64,000 nucleotides of DNA from Vulcanimicrobiota bacterium (GCA_963784655.1 CAWASO010000001.1:1056013-1120012), one strand, 5' to 3'; counted from the first letter of the stretch, positions 20,746 through 30,561 are shown. Notes: generated by a model from the sequence alone, not told the origin. Numbers and translations are program-made.

Positions 20746-21521
20746 TACGGCTCACTACGGTCAAGCCTAGGAGGCGCAAAGCTTTCGCCTGGGAGCTTTT
20801 GAACTAACGAATCGACTTGATACTCGCGTTCTTCAATAATGCTTTCCCGAGCTGCTTCAGTCGTTTCGAAAACCAGGTCGATTATGCCATCGACTTTCGT
20901 ATATTCCTGTGGTACAAAGATACGATGAACCTTACCAAGCGTCGCTTCGTCATCGATACCGACAGCCAGAAGGCGCAGCAGTGCTTGCACCGATATCATC
21001 CGTACGGTCCATGCGAATCGGGACCCGCGTATCTGCGCCTCGAAATCTTCGGTCTTCTCACGACCCACGACGACCAGTATCGAGGAGCGGTCTTCACTCA
21101 ACTTTCCCGCGCTGATCAGCTTCTCACGATATGCTGCTATCGTCGCTAAGCGAATTTGGTATGTCGAGGTCGTCTTAACCTCGACAATCAGGGACCAACC
21201 ATCAGGCGCCACCCAAAGCGCATCCTGATTTTCAGCATTCACCCGTCCGCGGTAAAAACCGGGCTGTACGACGTATCCGAGGCGAAGCCCAGCCTCGTTG
21301 ACGATATCCTGGAGCGCAAACCCGCTCCCATCGAAGGACTCATTCAGGCATTCGTCAGCAAATCGTTGCAGGGCATCGATTGGAACGATGCGCAGCAGTG
21401 CGCGAAGCTCATTCGAAGTGACATTCCCGTCGCTTAGCTTTCCTGAGCCGGCAAACGTAATCAACTGAAAGAGCTTGCGGCTCTGCGTCTCTTCGCTGCG
21501 CCAAAGGTCGACCAGTCCCAA
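20745..21521 (-). CDS. PD-(D/E)xK restriction-endonuclease-like protein, probably 3'-truncated
   Basis: Lower GC; QDIVN...DALW...IVEVKT nuclease-like core. Confidence 0.6.
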   Translation of the reverse strand: MGLVDLWRSEETQSRKLFQLITFAGSGKLSDGNVTSNELRALLRIVPIDALQRFADECLNESFDGSGFALQDIVNEAGLRLGYVVQPGFYRGRVNAENQDALWVAPDGWSLIVEVKTTSTYQIRLATIAAYREKLISAGKLSEDRSSILVVVGREKTEDFEAQIRGSRFAWTVRMISVQALLRLLAVGIDDEATLGKVHRIFVPQEYTKVDGIIDLVFETTEAARESIIEEREYQVDSLVQKLPGESFAPPRLDRSEP

Positions 21522-21731
21522 AGATAAGACCTCATTCGTGTAAGAGATCGTCGGTGTTATATGCTGATGGGTAGTGATCCTGCATCTAAGGCCGGTGTAG
21601 CCTCACCACTGTCGTACAGGGCGCTAGACTCGTGTACGGGCTGAACCCCTACGCTGGCACAATAGGCTCAGCGTCTTGCCGCTGCTTATTGCAAGGATGT
21701 GGCAATTATGAGTACCTCGGGGCAAGGCCGC

Positions 21732-22856
21732 TCAGCGGATGACGATGCTGTTGAACGCGTAGCGGTCCTTGCCGGTGCGCTTGGCGGTGTAGAGCGCGCG
21801 GTCGGCGGCGGCGATCAGCGCGGGCGCGTCGGAGCCGTCGATCGGGAACACCGCCACGCCGGCCGAGCAGCGCAGCCCGGCCTCGCGCACCGCGCGGTAG
21901 ATGCGCTCGAGCGCGATCTCGGCCGCGGCGTGATCGGCCTGCGCCATCACGACCACGAACTCGTCGCCGGCATAGCGCGCGACGATGTCGCCCTTGCGGG
22001 CCGCGTGGCGCAGCGCGTCGGCGAAGCGCAGCAGCGCCGCGTCGCCGGCGGCGTGCCCGCCCGCGTCGTTGATCCGCTTGAGGTCGTCGAGGTCGAGCAG
22101 CACGACGGTCGTGAGCGCGTGGTAGCGGGCCGCGTTCCACAGCTCGCGCTCGAGCTGCTCGGTCAGCGCGCGGCGGTTGAGCAGCCCGGTCAGCGCGTCG
22201 GTCGAGGCCAGCGCGCGCGTCTCTTCGAGCAGCCGGGCGGACTCGGCGTGCAGGCGCGCGTTCTCGAGCGCGATCGCGGCCTGGGTGCCGAAGTCGAACA
22301 GGATCTGCAGCTGGTACTCCGAGATCGCCGCGGACGGCGGCCGGTCGGCGTAGAGGATGCCGCGCACCGCGCCCCGGCTGACCAGCGGCACCAGGCAATA
22401 CGGGCCGTCGCCGTCATCCAGCAGCGGCGACTGGCCATCGCCCGCCAGGCCGATCGCGAACGTCGCCTTGCCCGCGGCCAGCGCGCGCATCGTATCTGTG
22501 AAGCGGAAATCGCCCGCGTCGGCGGCCGGCAGCACGTTCTGCGTGCCGGTGCTCTCCAGCGCGCGCGCGACGGACTCTCCGCTCACGTCGAACAGCACGA
22601 TCCGCCCGAAGCGCAGCGCCTCGCGGATGCCGCGCAGCACCATCGCCAGGATGTCGTCGACGTCGAGCGCGGAGTTGAGGGTGGTGAAGATCTGCTGCAG
22701 GATCAGCAACTCGGCGCTCTGCTCGGCGTAGAAGTCGCGCTCGCGCTCGACCTCGGCCAGCCGGGCGGCGAGCAGGGCGATGCGCGCCTCGGCGCTCGGC
22801 TCGGCGGCGGCGGCGGGCGAATCCAGTCGGTCGGCGGGCAACGACGAAGCGGGCAA
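21732..22856 (-). CDS. GAF + GGDEF diguanylate cyclase
   Basis: AAIALENARL, TDALTGLLNRR, DLDDLKRINDAGGHAAGD, ARYAGDEF; start estimated (TTG). Confidence 0.88.
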   Translation of the reverse strand: MPASSLPADRLDSPAAAAEPSAEARIALLAARLAEVERERDFYAEQSAELLILQQIFTTLNSALDVDDILAMVLRGIREALRFGRIVLFDVSGESVARALESTGTQNVLPAADAGDFRFTDTMRALAAGKATFAIGLAGDGQSPLLDDGDGPYCLVPLVSRGAVRGILYADRPPSAAISEYQLQILFDFGTQAAIALENARLHAESARLLEETRALASTDALTGLLNRRALTEQLERELWNAARYHALTTVVLLDLDDLKRINDAGGHAAGDAALLRFADALRHAARKGDIVARYAGDEFVVVMAQADHAAAEIALERIYRAVREAGLRCSAGVAVFPIDGSDAPALIAAADRALYTAKRTGKDRYAFNSIVIR

Positions 22857-22972
22857 ACGGGGGCACCCTCGGAGCGGCGGTTGGGGCGGCAGACGACGAA
22901 ATCGCCCGCGCTCTACACCCGCTGGCTTGGCCCCTAGTCCCACTATCGGCAGCGGGCATGCGAATCTGAGCT

Positions 22973-22999
22973 GCCCGCCGGGAAACTTTCCCGGCGGGC
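22973..22999. promoter_or_regulatory. Perfect 27-bp palindrome in a divergent intergenic region
   Basis: GCCCGCCGGGAAA-C-TTTCCCGGCGGGC. Confidence 0.5.
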
Positions 23000-23061
23000 C
23001 GGGCGTACCATAGCGGGTGCTCGCGTTCGAGAGCCGGGCACGCTTGGGAGGCCGGGAACTC

Positions 23062-23752
23062 ATGAAGCAAGTTATCGCTTTCGCCGCCGCGCTGCTGTTG
23101 CTGGTGGCCAGCCGCGCGAGCGCGAGTGCGGCGCCGTACACGGGGCACTGGTCCCTGAGTGCGGGCGGCGGTGGCGGCGCGGTTCAGATTCGGCTCCAAG
23201 CCGAGCGCAGTGACCCCGACTCGCATCAGAGCTACGACATCTCGCGCACCGTCGACCTGACCGCGCTGCCCGAGCTTTCGCGCGCGGATCTCAGCGGGCC
23301 GCCGGCCCGCAAGCACTTCACGCTTGCGCGAAGAGGCGGGGCTCGCGCTCTGCGACGGAACGGTCGGCGGCGGCGGCGGGAGCGGCACGTTCGTCTTCGC
23401 GCAGAACCCGGCGTTCCGGCGCGCGCTCGCGCAGCGCGGGATCCCGGCGCCCAGCGACAAGCAGGCCTTCGATCTGACGATGAGCGGCTTCCGCATCGCC
23501 GACCTGGACGCGCTGCTGGCGAACGGGCTGAAGCGCCCGTCGCTCGACGACGTGACCCGCCTGCGCGAAAGCGGCGTATCGACGGACTATCTCGTCGGGC
23601 TGAACCGGCTGGGCTATCATTTCAGTGCGGACGAGATCGTGCGGCTGCACGAGCGCGGCGTCTCGCCGGAGTACCTGGAGCGCCTGCGCGCACGCGGCAC
23701 GACCGGCCTGAGCGCGGACGCGATCGTCAAAATGTACGAGAGCGGCAGCTAG
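23062..23752 (+). CDS. Secreted hypothetical protein with helical repeats, frameshift near 23330
   Basis: Signal peptide MKQVIAFAAALLLL; repeated LRESGVSTDYL / LHERGVSPEYL. Confidence 0.65.
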
Positions 23753-23808
23753 CCGCGACCGCCGGAGCGAGCGAAACCTTCGCCCGCCGCGCGGCGTACT
23801 CCAGGAGC

Positions 23809-24489
23809 GTGGAGCAGACCCCGTATCTCGAAAGCCATCCCAACCCGTTCGAAGCCGCCCGCTACGCCGACAACCCCGACCCGCGCTGCCCCTGCGTGCT
23901 GGTGCTCGACCGCTCGGGCTCGATGGCCGGCCAGCCGATCGCCGAGCTGAACGCCGGCCTGCAGCAGTTCCGCGCCGAGCTGCTCTCCGACGAGCTGGCG
24001 GCCCGGCGGGTCGAGCTGGCGGTCGTGCCGTTCGGGCCGGTCGGGCGCGGTTCGGCCTTCCACGCGCCGCAAGAGTTCCAGCCGCAGGCGCTGACCGCGG
24101 GCGGCGACACGCCGACCGGCGCGGCGCTCGAGTACGCGGTGGAGCTGATCATCCAGCAGAAGCTGGCCTACAAGCAGCACGGCGTGCCGTACTACCGGCC
24201 CTGGATCATCCTCATCACCGACGGCCAGCCGACCGACGACTGGCGCCGCGCGGCGCAGCTGATCCGCGACGGCGAGCAGCAGAAGGCGTTCGCGTTCTTC
24301 GCCATCGGGGTCAGCGGCGCGGATCTGAACGTGCTCAACCAGCTCGCGCCGCGCGGCGCGCTGCAGCTGCAAGGGCTGGCGTTCCGCGAGTTCTTCCTGT
24401 GGCTGTCGGCCTCGCTCTCGGGCGTTTCGAAGAGCACGGTCGGCGAGATCGTGCCGCTGCCGCCCCGCTCGGGCTGGGAATCGGTCTAG
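23809..24489 (+). CDS. vWA domain protein, TerY/YegL-like
   Basis: RCPCVLVLDRSGSM, TPTGAAL, YRPWIILITDGQPTD. Confidence 0.9.
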   Translation: MEQTPYLESHPNPFEAARYADNPDPRCPCVLVLDRSGSMAGQPIAELNAGLQQFRAELLSDELAARRVELAVVPFGPVGRGSAFHAPQEFQPQALTAGGDTPTGAALEYAVELIIQQKLAYKQHGVPYYRPWIILITDGQPTDDWRRAAQLIRDGEQQKAFAFFAIGVSGADLNVLNQLAPRGALQLQGLAFREFFLWLSASLSGVSKSTVGEIVPLPPRSGWESV

Positions 24490-24499
24490 CGCCGGCCGC

Positions 24500-25261
24500 G
24501 TGACGCCCGAGCTCACCGTCTGGCGGGCGATCGGCGCGTCCGTCGCCGGAACGTCGCACGCCGTGACGATGACGCGCTGCCAGGATTTCAGCGCGTACGA
24601 GGTCGTGCGCCGGCCCGACGGCGGCGAGGTGCTGCTGGCCGCGCTCGCGGACGGCGCGGGCAGCGCCGTGTCGTCGCACCACGGCGCGCGCACCGCGGTC
24701 GAGGCGTCGCTCGCGGCGCTGCGCGCGCTGGTCGAAGCCGGCTACGACGTCGGCGAAGCCGAAGCGCTCGAAGCATTGCGCGCCGCGCGCGAGCGCGTGC
24801 TCGACGTCGCGGCCGAGTACGAGCACGCCGCGCGCGACTACGCCTCGACGCTGCTGCTCGCGGTGGCCGCGCCCGAGGGCGGCATCGCGCTGCAGGTCGG
24901 CGACGGCGCGATCGTGGTGGACGACGGCGCGCTGCGCGCGGCGACCTGGCCCGCGCAAGGCGAGTACGCCAACAGCACGCACTTCCTGATCGAGGCCGAC
25001 GCGCTCGAGCACGTGCAGTGCGCCGCGCTCGGCACGGTGCGGCGGCTCGCGCTGTTCTCCGACGGGCTGCAAGCGCTCGCGCTGCACTACGAGTCGCGCG
25101 CCGCGCACGAACCGTTCTTCGCCCCGTTCTTCGCCTATTTGGAAACGTCGGAGAAAGCGGAAGCCGAGATCGAGGCCGAGCTGCGCGCGTTCCTCGAGTC
25201 GGGCAGCGTCAACGCGCGCACCGACGACGACAAGTCGCTGGTGCTCGCGGTCCGGCGATGA
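24500..25261 (+). CDS. PP2C-family phosphatase, YegK/PphC-like
   Basis: ASVAGTSH, CQD, ADGAGSA, VGDG, GEYANST, FSDGL, RTDDDKSL. Confidence 0.9.
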   Translation: MTPELTVWRAIGASVAGTSHAVTMTRCQDFSAYEVVRRPDGGEVLLAALADGAGSAVSSHHGARTAVEASLAALRALVEAGYDVGEAEALEALRAARERVLDVAAEYEHAARDYASTLLLAVAAPEGGIALQVGDGAIVVDDGALRAATWPAQGEYANSTHFLIEADALEHVQCAALGTVRRLALFSDGLQALALHYESRAAHEPFFAPFFAYLETSEKAEAEIEAELRAFLESGSVNARTDDDKSLVLAVRR

Positions 25262-27195
25262 GCGCGCCCGTGCTGCTGGGCCCGGGCGGCACGCCGCTGC
25301 GGCTGGGTCCGGCGCTGGGCGGCGGCGGCGAGGGTACCGTGTACGCGCTGCCCGGTTCGTCCGACGTGGCGAAGATCTACGCCCGGCCGCCGTCGCCCGA
25401 GCGCGTCGCCAAGCTGGACGCGCTGGTGCGCCTCGCCACGCCGGAGCTGCGCACGATCGCGGCCTGGCCGCACGAGCTGGTGCGCGACGCGCGCGGCAAC
25501 GCCGCCGGCTTCGTGATGCCGCGCATCGAGGGCCGGCTCACGCTGGCGTCCGCGATGAACCCCGGCAGCCGCAAGGCCAAGCTCCCGCAGGCGACCTGGG
25601 CCTGGCTCGTCCACACCGCGCGCAACCTGGCTGCGGCGGTCGAGTCGGTGCACCGCGCCGGGGCGGTGATCGGCGACGTCAACGACGCGAACTTCCTGGT
25701 CGGCGCCGACACCTTCGTGCGCCTGATCGACGTCGACTCGTTCCAAGTGCGCGAGGGCGCGCGGCTGTTCACCTGCGACGTCGGCATGCCGATCTACCAG
25801 CCGCCCGAGCTGTTCGGGCGCGGCTACGCCGGCCTCGAGCGCACGCCCGACCACGACCGCTTCGGGCTGGCGGTGCTGATCTTCCAGCTCGTGTTCATGG
25901 GCCGCCACCCCTGGGCCGGGCTGTGGAACGGGCCGGAGTACGCGTTCGAGAGCGGCGAGCTGATCGCGCGCCTGCCGTTCGCGTTCGGGCGCGAGGCGCC
26001 GGCGGTCGGTTTCCGGCCGCCGCCCAACACGGTGCGCATGGAGTGGCTGCCCGAGGCGACCGGGGCGCTGTTCGAGCGCGCCTTCGCGCGCACCGCCGCG
26101 CCGCGCCCGAGCGGCGCGGAGTGGGCCGCCGGGCTGGCCGCGTTCGAGGCCGCGCTCGAGCGCTGCACCGTCTCGCCGCTGCACCGCTTCGTCGCCGCGC
26201 GCGGCCCGTGCCGGTGGTGCGAGCTCGAGCGCCGGGGCCTGTTCCTGTTCGTCGCCCCGCTCGGCGCGGCGAGCGCCGCGGGCGGCCTGCTCGACGTCGC
26301 CGCGCTGGAGCGGCTGCTGCACGAGCTGCCGCCGCTGGTCTACGTCACGCCGCCCGAGCCGCGCGCGGTCGCGGTCGAGGGCGAACCGCTGGCCCGGCCG
26401 CTGCGCCGCCAGCGCCGGGTTTGGCTGGCCGGCGCCGCGGCCGGGGCGGCGGTCTGCGCGGTCGCGACCCAGCACCTCGGCTTCTCGCCGCTCGACCTGG
26501 CGGTGTACGCGGCGGTGCTGGCCGCGCTGCTGCCGACCCGCGCCGCGACCGGCGCGGTGAAGCGCGAGCGCCGCGCGGCCATGCTCGAAGCGCGCCGGCG
26601 CTACGACGACGCCGCGCGGCAGTGGCCCGCGCTGGCGGACCTGCGCGAGCTCGACGGGCGCCGCGCGCAGCTGCTCGGGCTGGCCGCGGCGTACCGCGGG
26701 CTGCCGGCCAAGTACACCGCCGAGCGCGCCCGCATCGAGGCCGACAAGCCGCGCCAGCAGATGCGCGCCTTCCTGGACACCTACCTGATCGAGGACACCG
26801 TCATCCCCGGCATCGGCAAGCGCCGCAAGGCCACGCTGCGCTCGTTCGGGATCGAGTCCGCGCTCGACGTCGAGGAGAAGCTCGACCGCATCGCGATCCC
26901 GGGCTTCGGCAGCGGCCGGCGCGGCACGCTCAAATCCTGGGTCTTCGTCCTCAAGCGGATGTTCCGCTACGATCCCGGCCGGCCGGTCGACGCGGCGGTC
27001 CTGGAGGACCTGCGGCTGCGCGAGAGCCGCGAGCGGACCGATCTCGAGCGCGAGCTGCGCACGGGCCCGCAAGCGCTCGTGGCGGCAGTCCGACAGCGTC
27101 TGACACTGCGGGACGAACTAGGCCGCGAGCTGCTCGTGCTCGCCGAGCTGGCGGCAAAGGCTCGCGCCGACTATGCCGCATTGCGCCGGCTCTAG
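25258..27195 (+). CDS. Ser/Thr kinase-like protein with transmembrane and HhH regions, YegI-like
   Basis: LGGGGEGTVY, VAKIY, VIGDVN, IDVDSFQ, YQPPEL, DRFGLA, CRWC, IPGIGK. Confidence 0.88.
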   Translation: MSAPVLLGPGGTPLRLGPALGGGGEGTVYALPGSSDVAKIYARPPSPERVAKLDALVRLATPELRTIAAWPHELVRDARGNAAGFVMPRIEGRLTLASAMNPGSRKAKLPQATWAWLVHTARNLAAAVESVHRAGAVIGDVNDANFLVGADTFVRLIDVDSFQVREGARLFTCDVGMPIYQPPELFGRGYAGLERTPDHDRFGLAVLIFQLVFMGRHPWAGLWNGPEYAFESGELIARLPFAFGREAPAVGFRPPPNTVRMEWLPEATGALFERAFARTAAPRPSGAEWAAGLAAFEAALERCTVSPLHRFVAARGPCRWCELERRGLFLFVAPLGAASAAGGLLDVAALERLLHELPPLVYVTPPEPRAVAVEGEPLARPLRRQRRVWLAGAAAGAAVCAVATQHLGFSPLDLAVYAAVLAALLPTRAATGAVKRERRAAMLEARRRYDDAARQWPALADLRELDGRRAQLLGLAAAYRGLPAKYTAERARIEADKPRQQMRAFLDTYLIEDTVIPGIGKRRKATLRSFGIESALDVEEKLDRIAIPGFGSGRRGTLKSWVFVLKRMFRYDPGRPVDAAVLEDLRLRESRERTDLERELRTGPQALVAAVRQRLTLRDELGRELLVLAELAAKARADYAALRRL

Positions 27196-27219
27196 CTGCG
27201 GCGCTGTCGTAGTACGCTC

Positions 27220-27417
27220 TTAGAAGGGGTGGATGTCGCGCCGGGTCTCGCGGAACAGCATCTTCTTGTTCAGCTCGCGCAGCGCGTCGATCGATTTCTT
27301 GTGCTCGTCGGAGCGCCCGTACTTGTTCGCCGCACGCAAGGACGCGTCCAGGCTCCGCTCGCGGGCCGCGTAGACGAGAAAGGCACTGAGGTCGCGGTCG
27401 TCGATGCGGTAATTCAT
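27220..27417 (-). CDS. Small hypothetical protein (65 aa)
   Basis: Host-like codon usage; ATG downstream of an AT-rich intergenic region. Confidence 0.55.
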   Translation of the reverse strand: MNYRIDDRDLSAFLVYAARERSLDASLRAANKYGRSDEHKKSIDALRELNKKMLFRETRRDIHPF

Positions 27418-27560
27418 GGTGTGGCAAATTGTATGCCCACCCACCATGAGAATATGCGTGCGCCAACGCAAAATCCGGGGCCTATTTTGTGTGATCGCGG
27501 TAACGATTTTGGACTCTGTGATGTGTCCCGATTCAATCCAGGACTTAAGTCCCTATGGCG

Positions 27561-28277
27561 TTAGTCTAGGTGTATCAAATCCAGTTCTAGCAACGATTTG
27601 GCGCGGGTGAAGACGGCGTCGAGCATCGGTTCGGTGAGCACGCCGGTCTGCGTGTTCTGGCGGCTGGGGTGATACGACGCGAGCACCGTGACCCCGCGTG
27701 CGCCCGGCAGGTCGACGAACGACTCGGCCAGGTGCCCGAACGGCGTGCGCGGCGCACGGTATGCGCCTGACTTCTTGACCAGCGCGTGGACGACGTCGTC
27801 GGCGAACCGGCCCAGGGTGACGATCGTGCGCAGGTTCGGCAGCGCCGCGAGCTCCTCGACCAGGTAGGGGTAGCAGCGGTCGCGCTGCTGGGGGGTCGGC
27901 TTGTTGCCGGGCGGCGCGCAGCGGACGGCGGCCGTGATCCAGCAGTCGTGCAGGGCCATCCCGTCGGCCCGGTCGACGGCCACCGGCTGGCTGGCGAAGC
28001 CGGCCCGGTGCAGGGCCCGGTAGAGCCACGCGCCGCTGCCGTCGCCGGTGAAGGGCCGGCCGGTCCGGTTGGAGCCGTGCGCGCCCGGGGCCAGGCCGAC
28101 CAGCACGACCCGGGCGGCGGGATCGCCGAAGCCGGGGACGGGCTTGGCCCAGTAGTCGTGCTCGCGGAAGGCCCGCCGCTTGACCCTTCCCACCTCGGCG
28201 CAGTAGGCGCGCAGCTCGGGGCACCTGGTGCAGGCGACGACGCGCGCTTCGAGATCGGCCAACGTGGAATCGCTCAC
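27561..28277 (-). CDS. Uracil-DNA glycosylase, family 5 (UdgB-like)
   Basis: CTRCPEL Fe-S motif, GLAPGAHGSNRTGRPFTGD, YHPSRQNT; GAGGAG RBS. Confidence 0.9.
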   Translation of the reverse strand: MSDSTLADLEARVVACTRCPELRAYCAEVGRVKRRAFREHDYWAKPVPGFGDPAARVVLVGLAPGAHGSNRTGRPFTGDGSGAWLYRALHRAGFASQPVAVDRADGMALHDCWITAAVRCAPPGNKPTPQQRDRCYPYLVEELAALPNLRTIVTLGRFADDVVHALVKKSGAYRAPRTPFGHLAESFVDLPGARGVTVLASYHPSRQNTQTGVLTEPMLDAVFTRAKSLLELDLIHLD

Positions 28278-28394
28278 GCCGACGTGTTCCCCTCCTCGTC
28301 GGGCACCTCCGCGTCGCGCGTGCAGTGCGACCAATCAGGCGCAAGGTTGCCGCGGCACGATCGCCGACCTGGGTGTACGAGTCTACGCGTAGCG

Positions 28395-28781
28395 TCACGT
28401 GCCCCCGGAAAGGTCCGGATAGACCAGCTCGTTGCGGTGGGCTGCCTCGACGAATAGCCCGTACGGGGTGGCCGGCATGGTACCGGCGTAATGTACGATC
28501 TCGACCGATTCCAGCATGCCCGCTTCGTTAACGTTGAGCATGGTCTGGACGAATAGATCGGGGTATTCCGAGTCGCCCCTTCTCAGAGCCGGTCCGTCGG
28601 CATGGAAGCGGATCGGCGACGGAGGCCCCGTGAGAACGAGAACGTCACACCACCCCGTCGGATCGTAGTCCGCAACTCGACAAGACTCGATCTGCCGTTC
28701 GATCTCCGCGTGACCGCGCGAGGCGATTCGGAGAAAAGAGCGTTCGATATCGGTCGGGTCGCGAAACGTCTTCTGTGCCAT
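28395..28781 (-). CDS. Hypothetical protein, candidate immunity protein
   Basis: Small acidic protein (FRDPTDIERSFL...LNVNEAGMLESVEIV) just downstream of a toxin-like ORF; lower GC. Confidence 0.5.
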   Translation of the reverse strand: MAQKTFRDPTDIERSFLRIASRGHAEIERQIESCRVADYDPTGWCDVLVLTGPPSPIRFHADGPALRRGDSEYPDLFVQTMLNVNEAGMLESVEIVHYAGTMPATPYGLFVEAAHRNELVYPDLSGGT

Positions 28782-28802
28782 CGTAATGAGTGTATCAACG
28801 CT

Positions 28803-29330
28803 CTACGGGCAGTCCGGCATTCCGACGATATATGCCGTCGGAACGTCGTAGAATGCGTTTGCAGACACCGCATATACCCGGTACGTCGTTTGCCAGCTCG
28901 TTCCGCCGTCGCTATAGCTGAAGGTATAATTCTTGTATGTCCCCTGCGCTGGCGCATTTCCGTAAGAGTAGACAGAGAGATAAAAATTCAGCGAAGCCGC
29001 TGATGCCCACTGATCCGGAGTCGAGTTCTTCAAATAGCAAGCGAGGTGCCTATTCCAGTAGTGCGTGGCATCGAATCGAATGACATAGTTCGCTTCGAAG
29101 AATAAGATCGGGTTGAACCAGGCGGCGTAGTTTTGGTCGAAGGCGACGCCGTCATCTTCGCAGCCGCCCGAGAAGAAGATGAAGCCGCTGGCGCACGATC
29201 CCTGCGTTCCGTACGGCGGTGGCGAAGACCCGCGGCCACCGCCACCGCGACTGCCACCGCCACCGGTCTGAAGGCATATCAAGTCGTCCGGCGCGCAGGG
29301 CTCGAGTTCGAGACAAGTATTCTTTCTTCC
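28803..29330 (-). CDS. Candidate toxin C-terminal fragment (no clear start)
   Basis: Cys/Gly linker, then HYWNRH...VPTAY; lower GC. Confidence 0.4.
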   Translation of the reverse strand, partial: GRKNTCLELEPCAPDDLICLQTGGGGSRGGGGRGSSPPPYGTQGSCASGFIFFSGGCEDDGVAFDQNYAAWFNPILFFEANYVIRFDATHYWNRHLACYLKNSTPDQWASAASLNFYLSVYSYGNAPAQGTYKNYTFSYSDGGTSWQTTYRVYAVSANAFYDVPTAYIVGMPDCP

Positions 29331-29367
29331 ACTTTTCGCGTTGCCCGCAGGGCCGCCGCGTGGGACG

Positions 29368-30561
29368 ATGGCGCTGATGGCCCGTCTCGACGTTCGCTCC
29401 ATGGCTTTGCTCGCGACCGCCCACGTCGCCGACGACATCAACCAGAGCTTCATCCCGGCGCTGCTGCCGTACCTGATCGTGCAGCGCCACATCTCGCACG
29501 AGACGGCCGGGACGCTGGTCCTGGCTCAGGCCATCTCCTCGTCGGTGGTCCAGCCGGCGATCGGGCACCTGGCCGACCGGCGCGCGATGCCCTGGCTGAT
29601 CGCGCTGGGGCTGCTGCTGGCCGGCGGCGGGGTGGCGGCGATGGGCGTGGTCCAGCCGTTCCCGCTGCTGTTCCTGGCCGCGCTGGTGAGCGGGATCGGG
29701 GTCGCGGCCTTCCACCCCGAGGCGGCCCGCTTCGCCAACTACGTGGCGGGCGAGAAGAAGGCCAGCGGCATGCGCTGGTTCGCGGCGGGCGGCAACGTCG
29801 GCTTCGCGATCGGGCCGGCCTTCGCGACCGCCGCGATCGCGGCGTGGGGGATGCACGGCACCCTGGCCGCGGCGATCCCGGTCGCGCTGCTGGCCGGGGT
29901 GGTGCTGCTCGAGCTGCGCCGGCTGGCGACCTTCGCCCCGGCGCGCCCCAAGCACCGGGCCCAGCACGGGACCGACGACTGGGCGGCGTTCGGCAAGCTG
30001 ACGGCCTTCGTGGTGGTGCGCTCGATGGCGTACATCGGCTTCGTCGCCTTCGTCCCGCTCTACGTGGTCGAGGTGCTGCACGGCTCGCCGGCGCTGGGCG
30101 ACGGGGTGCTGGTGGCGTTCCTTGCGGCCGGCGTCTGCGGCACGCTGGCCGGCGGCCCGATCGCCGACCGGATCGGCCGCAAGACGGTGCTGCTGTGGTC
30201 GACCGGGCTGAGCACGCTGCTGACCGTGGTGCTGGTCGCGCTCACCCACGACGGCGGGGTGGCGCTGGCGACCGGGCTGCTGATGCTGACCGGCTTCGTG
30301 CTGGTCGCCTCGCAGGCGTCGTTCATCGTGCTCGGCCAGTCGTTTCTGCCCAACCGCATCGGCCTTGCCTCGGGCGTGACGCTGGGCCTGGCGGTGTCGC
30401 TGGGCGGCGCCTTCTCGCCCGTGATGGGCGCGATCGCCGACGCCCACGGCGTGTCCGCGACCCTCCTGGCCGCCGGCGGCCTGACGCTGCTGGCGCTGCT
30501 GATCGCGTTCACGCTCCCCAGCGAAGCCCGCGCCCCGCGCCCGGCCGAAGCGGCGGCGTAG
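29368..30561 (+). CDS. MFS transporter, Fsr (fosmidomycin resistance)-like
   Basis: AHVADDINQS, QPAIGHLADR, AFHPEA, GGNVGFAIGP. Confidence 0.88.
   Translation: MALMARLDVRSMALLATAHVADDINQSFIPALLPYLIVQRHISHETAGTLVLAQAISSSVVQPAIGHLADRRAMPWLIALGLLLAGGGVAAMGVVQPFPLLFLAALVSGIGVAAFHPEAARFANYVAGEKKASGMRWFAAGGNVGFAIGPAFATAAIAAWGMHGTLAAAIPVALLAGVVLLELRRLATFAPARPKHRAQHGTDDWAAFGKLTAFVVVRSMAYIGFVAFVPLYVVEVLHGSPALGDGVLVAFLAAGVCGTLAGGPIADRIGRKTVLLWSTGLSTLLTVVLVALTHDGGVALATGLLMLTGFVLVASQASFIVLGQSFLPNRIGLASGVTLGLAVSLGGAFSPVMGAIADAHGVSATLLAAGGLTLLALLIAFTLPSEARAPRPAEAAA

Noticed and set aside
20534-21663. TGGCACAAT 9-bp direct repeat as a target-site duplication, or sigma-54 promoters
   Set aside because: Too short to exclude chance, no transposase lies between the copies, and the -12 TTGC element is missing.
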